Below, piece by piece: positions 57,521 to 64,000 of a stretch of DNA of 64,000 bases. The DNA comes from an uncultured Chloroflexia bacterium (GTDB lineage: Bacteria > Chloroflexota > Limnocylindria > Limnocylindrales > CSP1-4). The notes below the pieces were generated by a model that saw nothing but the letters and a program-made list of their open reading frames with translations, made no database searches and was not told the origin of the DNA. Every line of letters begins with the position of its first letter. Positions within the stretch are counted from its first letter, which is position 1. The position numbers and the translations under genes were made by a program. The stretch covers positions 1,251,368 through 1,315,367 of the forward strand of contig CAWAMB010000004.1 in the NCBI GenBank assembly GCA_963783055.1, given 5' to 3'.

Positions 57521-59935
57521 ATGGCCACCGACGTCCAGGACGTCCTCGGCAGCTCCATCAAGCGGGTCGAGGATCCGCGCTTCATCACCGGCAAGGGCCG
57601 CTATCTCGACGACATCGTGCTGACCGGGATGGCCCACCTCGCCATCCTCCGCAGCCCGTACGCCCACGCCAACATCCGGTCGGTCGACACGTCGAAGGCC
57701 AAGGGCTTGCCCGGCGTCATCGCGGTGATCGTCGGTGCCGACATCCCGTACAACCCCCTGCCGATGGCCTGGCCGGCGGGCGGCTCGTCGGGCGTCACGA
57801 ACAACGTCAGCACGCCGCGGACCCTCGCCACCGACTCGGTCAAATGGACCGGCGAGGGCGTCGCCGCGGTCGTCGCCGAGACCCCCGAGCAGGCGGTCGA
57901 CGCCCTCGACGCGATCGAGGTCGACTACGAGCCGCTGCCCGCCGTCGTCGATGCCGAGAAGGCGACCCAGCCGGGCGCACCGCAGCTTCACGACAACGCC
58001 CCGAACAACGTCGTCTTCGACTGGACGGTCGGCGACAAGGACGGGACGGAGGCGGCGCTCAAGGACGCCGAGGTCGTCGTCAGGGAGCGCCTCGTCAACC
58101 ATCGCCTGATCCCGAACCCGCTGGAGGTCCGCGGTGACATCGGCTGGTACAACCCCGGGACCGAGGAGTACACGGTCTGGATGTCCAGCCAGACGCCGCA
58201 CATCCAGCGGCTGCTGCTGACGGCGTTCGTGACCGGCATCCCCGAGCACAAGGTGCGGGTGATCGCGCCCGACGTCGGCGGCGCCTTCGGATCCAAGATC
58301 TTCTGTTACGCCGACATGGCGCTGGTCATGTTCGCGAGCAAGCTGATCGGCGGCGGACGACCGGTGAAGTGGGTCGAGAGCCGGCGCGAGAGCTACGGCT
58401 CGACGATCCACGGCCGCGATCACATCACCTACGTCGAGATCGCCGGCAAGCGCGATGGCACCGTGACCGGGGTCAAGGTCAAGACGTTCGCCAACCTCGG
58501 CGGCCGCCTGTCGACGATCGGACCCGGCATCCCGACCACGCTCTACGGCCGCGTCCTGTCGGGTTGCTACAAGATCCCGAACGTCTACGCCGAGGTCACC
58601 GGCGTCTATACGAACACGACCTTCGTCGACGCCTACCGCGGCGCCGGCCGGCCGGAGGCCACGTACGTCATCGAACGGGCGATGGACCTCTTCGCCAACG
58701 AGATCGGCATGGACAAGGCCGAGCTCCGTCGCAAGAACTTCATCCCGAAGGACGCGTTCCCGTACGACAACCCGTCGGGCCTCGGGACCGCCGTCAACGG
58801 CGAAAAGATCTACGTCGACTCGGGCAACTACGAGCCGGCGATGGACATGGCGCTCAAGACCGCCGGCTACGCCGATCTCGCCGCCAAGAAGGCCGAGGCG
58901 AAGAGCCGCGGCAAGCTGCTCGGGATGGGCCTGTCCACCTACATCGAGGTGTGTGGCGTCGCGCCCTCCAAGTGGATCGGTGCCGTCGGTGAGGGCTGGG
59001 GCGCGGCGATGTGGGAGTCGTCGAACGTCAAGGTCCACCTGACGGGCAAGGTGATCGTCACGATGGGCACCCAGCCCCAGGGTCAGGGCCACGAGACGAC
59101 CTACAGCCAGATCGTCGCGCACGAGCTCGGCATCCCGATGGACGACATCGTGATCCAGCACTCCGACACGCAGGGCACGCCGTTCGGCTACGGGTCGTAC
59201 GGCAGCCGGACGTCGTCGGTCGGCAGCACGGCCGCGATCAAGGCGACCGACAAGATCAAGGACAAGGCCCGGCGCTACGCCGCCCACATGCTCGAGGCGT
59301 CGCCCGACGACATCGAGATCGTCGGCGCCGAGTACCGGGTCAAGGGCTCTCCCGAGAAGAAGAAGACGATCCAGGAGATCGCGTTCGCGCTCGACCTGGG
59401 CTTCTCTCTGCCGGCCGGCATGGAGCCGTATCTCGACGAGACGGCCTACTACGACACGCCGAACTGCACCTGGCCGTTCGGGACGCATATCGCGATCGTC
59501 GAGGTCGACGAGGAGACCGGCGAGACGGACCTGGTCCGCTACATCGCGGTCGACGACGTCGGCAAGAAGATCAACCCGATGATCGTCGACGGCCAGCTCC
59601 ATGGCGGCATCGCCCAGGGCGTCGGCCAGGCCCTCTGGGAGCAGGCGGTCTACGCCGACGACGGCCAGCTCCTGTCCGGCTCGATGATGGACTACGCCCT
59701 GCCCCGAGCCTCGTGGCTGCCGAACTTCGAGCTCGACGAGACGGTCACGCCGTCGCCGGTCAACCCGCTCGGCGTCAAGGGCGTCGGCGAGGCCGGCTGC
59801 ATCGCGTCGACCGCCGCGGTCGCCAACGCCGTCAACGACGCCTTGGCCCCGCTCGGGATCAAGCACCTCGACATGCCGTTCACCGGCCAGACCGTCTGGC
59901 GGGCGATCCAGTCCGCGAAGGGAGCCCGGGCATGA
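57521..59935 (+). CDS. coxL: molybdopterin-binding large subunit, form-II CoxL-like (AYRGAGR signature)
   Basis: ATG 57521. Tail of ORF 57377..59935. Motifs seen: FVDAYRGAGRPEA, GTQPQGQGHETT, GVKGVGEAG. Confidence 0.95.
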   Translation: MATDVQDVLGSSIKRVEDPRFITGKGRYLDDIVLTGMAHLAILRSPYAHANIRSVDTSKAKGLPGVIAVIVGADIPYNPLPMAWPAGGSSGVTNNVSTPRTLATDSVKWTGEGVAAVVAETPEQAVDALDAIEVDYEPLPAVVDAEKATQPGAPQLHDNAPNNVVFDWTVGDKDGTEAALKDAEVVVRERLVNHRLIPNPLEVRGDIGWYNPGTEEYTVWMSSQTPHIQRLLLTAFVTGIPEHKVRVIAPDVGGAFGSKIFCYADMALVMFASKLIGGGRPVKWVESRRESYGSTIHGRDHITYVEIAGKRDGTVTGVKVKTFANLGGRLSTIGPGIPTTLYGRVLSGCYKIPNVYAEVTGVYTNTTFVDAYRGAGRPEATYVIERAMDLFANEIGMDKAELRRKNFIPKDAFPYDNPSGLGTAVNGEKIYVDSGNYEPAMDMALKTAGYADLAAKKAEAKSRGKLLGMGLSTYIEVCGVAPSKWIGAVGEGWGAAMWESSNVKVHLTGKVIVTMGTQPQGQGHETTYSQIVAHELGIPMDDIVIQHSDTQGTPFGYGSYGSRTSSVGSTAAIKATDKIKDKARRYAAHMLEASPDDIEIVGAEYRVKGSPEKKKTIQEIAFALDLGFSLPAGMEPYLDETAYYDTPNCTWPFGTHIAIVEVDEETGETDLVRYIAVDDVGKKINPMIVDGQLHGGIAQGVGQALWEQAVYADDGQLLSGSMMDYALPRASWLPNFELDETVTPSPVNPLGVKGVGEAGCIASTAAVANAVNDALAPLGIKHLDMPFTGQTVWRAIQSAKGARA

Positions 59936-60789
59936 TCCCCAACACGTTCGACTACCAACGGGCGAGCTCGCTCGACGAGGCACTCGGCCTCGTCGGCACG
60001 CCCGGCACGAAGGTGATTGCCGGCGGGATGAGCCTCCTGCCGCTGATGAAGCTCCGTCTGGCCAACCCGGAGCGGCTCGTCGACATCGGGCGACTCGCCG
60101 AGCTCCGCGGCGTGCGCCAGCTCGACGATGGCCGGCTGGCGATCGGGGCGTTGACGACCTACTCGGAGCTGGCGGACTCGGCGGCTCGCCACTACGGATT
60201 GCTCGGCGATGCGCTGCCCGACATCGGCGACGTCCAGGTCCGCAACCGCGGCACGGTCGGTGGCGCGGTCGCCCACTGCGACCCGGCATCCGACCTGCCG
60301 GCCGTCCTGCTCGCCCTCGACGCCGAGATCGTGGCGCGCTCCACGCGGGGCGAGCACGTCTACGCCGCCGACGGCTTCTTCACGGGCGCCTTCTCGACGG
60401 CTCTCGCCGACGACGAGCTCGTCACGGAGATCCGCCTGCCGGGTCCCCGGGACGACGCCGGGTCGGCGTACCAGGCGCTGTCGCAGCGAGCCTCGGGCTA
60501 CTCGATCGTCGGCGTGGCGGCCGTGATCATCAAGGAGAACGGCAGCGCGATCACGAAGGCCGGGATCGCCCTGACCGGGGTGGGCGACGCGCCGTACCGG
60601 GCATCGGCGGTGGAGGCCGCCCTCCTCGGCAACGAGGGCACGCCCGAGTCGATCGCCGCGGCGGCCGCCCACGCGACCGACGGCCAGACGGTCAACGGCG
60701 ACATCCACGCCGACAGCGAGTACCGGGCGGCGATGGCCATCGCCTACACGAAGCGGGCGATCACGGCCGCGCTCGGCCGGCTCGGCTGA
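59932..60789 (+). CDS. coxM: FAD-binding medium subunit (CoxM-like)
   Basis: ATG 59932 (ATGA overlap). Motifs seen: KVIAGGMSLLPLMKLRL, VRNRGTVGGAVAH. Confidence 0.9.
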   Translation: MIPNTFDYQRASSLDEALGLVGTPGTKVIAGGMSLLPLMKLRLANPERLVDIGRLAELRGVRQLDDGRLAIGALTTYSELADSAARHYGLLGDALPDIGDVQVRNRGTVGGAVAHCDPASDLPAVLLALDAEIVARSTRGEHVYAADGFFTGAFSTALADDELVTEIRLPGPRDDAGSAYQALSQRASGYSIVGVAAVIIKENGSAITKAGIALTGVGDAPYRASAVEAALLGNEGTPESIAAAAAHATDGQTVNGDIHADSEYRAAMAIAYTKRAITAALGRLG

Positions 60790-60829
60790 CCTCCCGCAGC
60801 CCCAACGCGGATCAGCGGTTCGACGGCGG

Positions 60830-61879
60830 GTGCGGCTCGAGCGTCTGACGCCGGGTCGTCGCCCGCCCGCCGAGCTCGTCGGCGCCGTCCTCGCCCGCGA
60901 CCTGGTCGTCGGCGGCCGTCGCTGGGCGAAGGGCCGGCGGCTGACGGCCGACGACCTCGCCGCGTGGGCGGCCGACCCGTCGCTGGGGGTCGGGCCGGTC
61001 GCGGTCATCGTCCTCGACGCCGGTGACCTCCACGAGGACGACGCCGCACTCCGCCTCGCGGACGCGGTCGCGGGCTCCGGGTTGACGCGGCGCGGGCCGG
61101 TCCAGAGCCGGGTCGACCTCCTGGCGGCTCACGATGGCGTGCTCCACGTCCGAGCCGCCGAGCTCGAGCGGCTCAACCGGGTCGATCCGCTCGAGGTCTT
61201 CACCCGGCTCGACGGCTCGATCGTGGCTGCCGGCGACGTCGTGGCGAGCGTCAAGATCGCGCCGCACGCCGTCGAAGCCGCGGTCGTGGACGCGGGCCTG
61301 CGGGCGGCGGGCGGCGGTCAGCGGCCGCTCGTCCGGGTCGCGCCGTTCCGTCCGATGCGGGTCGCGGTCATCGTCAAGGAGTCGCTCCGGGCAGCGGACC
61401 GCGAGCGGTTCGAGGCCAGCGTTCGGGTCAAGGTCGAAAGTCTCGGCTCGGAGATCGTCGCCATCGACTACGTGGCCGACGAGGACGAGGCGGTGGCGGC
61501 AGCGCTCGACCGGCGGGCCCGGGGCAGGGGACGGGCGAGTGTCATCCTGACCGCGGGCGGCCGGTCGACCGACCCGTCGGACCCGTTCTTTGCCGCGATC
61601 GCCGGCCTCGGCGGGCGAGTGGTCCGGCATGGCGTGCCGGCCCATCCCGGCTCGATGCTCTGGCTGGCGCGCATCGGCCGGACCGCGATCCTGGGCCTGC
61701 CGACGTGCGGCGCCTACGCCAAGGCGACGGCCGCCGACCTCCTGTTGCCGCGGCTCTTGACCGGCGAGCCTCCGACGCGGCGGACCGTGTCGCACCTCGG
61801 TCACGGGGGCGTCCTGACTCGCGAGATGCGCTTCCGATTCCCGCCGTATGCCCGCGAGCTGGACGCGCCGGACGGCTGA
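60830..61879 (+). CDS. molybdopterin-binding (MoeA/MoCF_biosynth-like) accessory protein
   Basis: 349-aa ORF. Sequence: VILTAGGRSTDPSDPFFAAI...VRHGVPAHPGSMLWLARIGRTAILGLP. Confidence 0.65.
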   Translation: MRLERLTPGRRPPAELVGAVLARDLVVGGRRWAKGRRLTADDLAAWAADPSLGVGPVAVIVLDAGDLHEDDAALRLADAVAGSGLTRRGPVQSRVDLLAAHDGVLHVRAAELERLNRVDPLEVFTRLDGSIVAAGDVVASVKIAPHAVEAAVVDAGLRAAGGGQRPLVRVAPFRPMRVAVIVKESLRAADRERFEASVRVKVESLGSEIVAIDYVADEDEAVAAALDRRARGRGRASVILTAGGRSTDPSDPFFAAIAGLGGRVVRHGVPAHPGSMLWLARIGRTAILGLPTCGAYAKATAADLLLPRLLTGEPPTRRTVSHLGHGGVLTREMRFRFPPYARELDAPDG

Positions 61880-63294
61880 TGGACGCGCCGAGCGTGGCGA
61901 TTGGCGGCGCGGTCCTGAGAGCAGACCCCGGGTCGGTCGGTGTGCTCGCTGCAACCGAGCGGACCGCGATGTGCAGGTTCGTTCGCGGGCTCGGCATCGG
62001 AGAGGATCAGGTAGAGGACTGCGTCCAGGAGGCCCTGACCCGGCTCTGGCTGCAGCTGGATCGTGGTGTCTTGATCGCGGACCCCAAGGGGTGGACCTAC
62101 CGGACCCTCTATCGGATCGCGATCGACGAGCACCGCCGACGCCGTCGTCAGGGTGAAGCGTTCGGGCGAGTGTTCGATCGTGCGGCGCATACACCGGGAT
62201 TCGACGCTGCCGATCTCATCGTGACGCGAGATGAGCTGGACCGCCTGCCGACCCGCCGGCGACAGGTGCTCCGTCTGCGGTACCTGGCGGGCATGCGCTA
62301 CGACGAGATCGGCTCGACGCTCGGGATCGCGCCCTCAGCGGCACGCAGCCATGCGACGCAGGCGCTCGACGCGCTCCGCGAACGCGTCCTGAAGACCGTT
62401 GCCAAGGCGGGCGCCCCGGGTCTGGCTCCCGATGCGTTCGACGGGCGCCAACGGGGATGGATCGAACCCCTGGGTCAACTCGAGTCCCCGCCCGGCGGAT
62501 GGCTCGATCCGGGCGGAGTGGACGTCGACCCGACGGGACGGATCTGGGTCGTTGACGCGGGTCATGACGCGATCGCCATCTTCTCCACAGAAGGGCGGTT
62601 CCTGGAGCGCTGGGGCAAGCCGGGCTCCGAGCCGGGCCGGTTCTCGTTCCGTCGCGCCCTCGGGAACGTGGGCGATGTAAGGTTCGCGGCCGACGGTGGC
62701 TTCTACGTCGCGGACAACGGGAACCGGCGTATCCAGCGGTTCGATTTGGAGCGCCGCCTCGTTACGACGTGGGGCCGCCGGGGTCGCGAGGCCGGCGAGT
62801 TCCTCGACCCGTGGTCGGTCCGGCTCGACGGCCTCGGACGCGTGTACGTGTCGGATGCAATTCGCGATGACATCCAGGTCTTCACGCCGGACGGTCGCCA
62901 CCTTCACACGATCGGTCGCCGGGGCTCCGGCCGCGGGCAGCTCGACTTCCAGGGCGACGCCATCGTGGCCGGCGACCGGATGTACGTCGCCGATCACGCG
63001 AACTCGCAAATCGCGATCTTCTCGGCTGAAGGCACGTTCATCCGAGTGGCGGGAGTCGGCCACCTGCGCGGGCCGGACGGACTCGATGTCGGCCCCGACG
63101 GCAACCTCTACGTCGCCGACACACGCGGACGCCGCTTTCTGGTGATCGCACCCGACGGCACTGTGCTCGACGCCTGGCCGGGCCACGCCTGGCTCCTGCG
63201 CGCCCTCCCCGATGGCCGGATCCTGACGTCGGGAGGCGGTCAGGTCACGATCCATCGCCGGCTTTCCGGCGCGGATCTCGCCGTCGACGGCTGA
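61879..63294 (+). CDS. ECF-type sigma-70 family factor fused to a C-terminal NHL-repeat beta-propeller
   Basis: ATG 61879 (TGATG overlap). Tail of ORF 61705..63294. Region 2: DCVQEALTRLW...TLYRIAIDEHRR. Region 4: LPTRRRQVLRLRYLAGMRYDEIGSTLGIAPSAARSH. Five to six NHL repeats follow (GGFYVADNGNRRIQRF; GRVYVSDAIRDDIQVF; DRMYVADHANSQIAIF; GNLYVADTRGRRFLVI). No TM segment. Confidence 0.8.
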   Translation: MDAPSVAIGGAVLRADPGSVGVLAATERTAMCRFVRGLGIGEDQVEDCVQEALTRLWLQLDRGVLIADPKGWTYRTLYRIAIDEHRRRRRQGEAFGRVFDRAAHTPGFDAADLIVTRDELDRLPTRRRQVLRLRYLAGMRYDEIGSTLGIAPSAARSHATQALDALRERVLKTVAKAGAPGLAPDAFDGRQRGWIEPLGQLESPPGGWLDPGGVDVDPTGRIWVVDAGHDAIAIFSTEGRFLERWGKPGSEPGRFSFRRALGNVGDVRFAADGGFYVADNGNRRIQRFDLERRLVTTWGRRGREAGEFLDPWSVRLDGLGRVYVSDAIRDDIQVFTPDGRHLHTIGRRGSGRGQLDFQGDAIVAGDRMYVADHANSQIAIFSAEGTFIRVAGVGHLRGPDGLDVGPDGNLYVADTRGRRFLVIAPDGTVLDAWPGHAWLLRALPDGRILTSGGGQVTIHRRLSGADLAVDG

Positions 63295-63385
63295 GCGTTT
63301 CGGCGATCCGGCGCGTCGTTCTCATATGGGGCCGATGGCCGCATGTCCCGCCCGGACGGTCGGGCAGAGGGTGTGCATCGTGGCA

Positions 63386-64000
63386 ATGCAGCGATCGTTG
63401 ACGCTTGGAGTCGGCCGAACGTCGGCCGCGACCTGGATCCTGCTCGCGGGCCTCGCGGGCCTCGCGGGCCTCGCGGGCTGTAGCTCGACGGCCGTCGCAC
63501 CTCCTTCGGCGATCGCGTCGCCTTCGGCCGGCACCATCACTCCGCCCGCCAGTGCGTCCGCCAGCCGAGCCCAGTCCACTGCTCCGTCGGCGACGCCGAA
63601 CCCGACACCGCTGGCTGTCGCCGCGGGGGAACCGTGGATTGCCTACCAGGGTGGATCGGGAGGGCCGCCGCGGATTCGGTTCGTCCGGCCCGACGGAAGC
63701 GATGACCACGCACTGGCGGCAAGCGGCGTACCGGCTGCCCGCGAGAAGCCAGACTGGTCGCCGGATGGTCTGCGCGTCGCGTTTCGCGTTGAGGACGAGG
63801 ACGGCACGCTCGACATCTGGGTCGTGAACGCCGACGGATCCGATCCCGAGCGCGTCGTCGACTGCGCCGCACCGTGTGCCTGGGCGGACGACCCCGCCTG
63901 GTCCCCGGACGGCAGATCGATTGCCTACCAGCAAGGCACGGCGGTCGGGGGGGACGGACTCGGTCTCGGGACGATCGAGGTCGTCGATCTGGACACGAAC
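63386..64000 (+). CDS. lipoprotein with TolB/PD40-like beta-propeller repeats (partial, runs off window)
   Basis: Not in the ORF track because there is no stop. Hand translation: MQRSLTLGVGRTSAATWILLAGLAGLAGLAGLAGCSS (lipobox)...PDWSPDGLRVAF...LDIWVVNADGSDPERV...PAWSPDGRSIAY. Confidence 0.7.
   Translation, partial: MQRSLTLGVGRTSAATWILLAGLAGLAGLAGCSSTAVAPPSAIASPSAGTITPPASASASRAQSTAPSATPNPTPLAVAAGEPWIAYQGGSGGPPRIRFVRPDGSDDHALAASGVPAAREKPDWSPDGLRVAFRVEDEDGTLDIWVVNADGSDPERVVDCAAPCAWADDPAWSPDGRSIAYQQGTAVGGDGLGLGTIEVVDLDTN
63443..63478 (+). repeat. perfect 9-bp tandem repeat CTCGCGGGC x4 inside the lipoprotein signal peptide ((LAG)4 before the lipobox Cys)
   Basis: Read directly. Copies are at 63443, 63452, 63461 and 63470. 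Confidence 0.8.

Noticed and set aside
57254-60289. 1011-aa ORF on the minus strand, the longest in the track
   Set aside because: It is entirely antisense to coxL/coxS/coxM. The composition is dominated by R, G, P, A and D with no recognisable motif, while the plus strand encodes textbook CoxS/L/M. This is the typical high-GC shadow ORF.

Overview
High-GC (about 70% by hand counts) bacterial chromosomal segment. MMPL, a deazaflavin-type oxidoreductase, form-II cox genes and frequent GTGA/ATGA start-stop overlaps suggest an Actinomycetota-like genome (inference). I call about 58 protein genes and one tRNA-Lys(CTT). I saw no rRNA, CRISPR array, transposase or integrase. Content is mostly housekeeping and metabolism: folE, carAB, acyl-CoA metabolism with a B12 mutase subunit plus MeaB, an M16 peptidase pair, a coxSLM cluster and a transaminase. 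There is also signalling (a hybrid histidine kinase, a two-component pair, a GGDEF/HD-GYP enzyme, two ECF-type sigma factors) and envelope functions. Many long ORFs in the track are antisense or read-through artefacts of high GC. The assembly carries at least 13 reading-frame breaks, all +1, inside otherwise well conserved genes including carA and carB. More than half sit at CCGG-derived CCCGG/CCGGG runs, so systematic sequence error is more likely than gene decay. The most interesting candidates are: (1) an ECF sigma factor fused to a cytoplasmic NHL propeller; (2) two paralogous XRE-HTH plus YraN/PD-(D/E)xK nuclease-like proteins, one bracketed by a ~110-bp imperfect direct repeat with GACTC/GAGTC hairpins; (3) a lower-GC, Cys-rich orphan TadE-TadE-TadG operon convergent with an ECF sigma/anti-sigma module, sharing a promoter-like motif; (4) a MarR/toast-rack-like fusion divergent from an ABC exporter; (5) a WxL-like/DUF916-like surface pair. 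All functional calls rest on motif recognition by eye. No database search was run.
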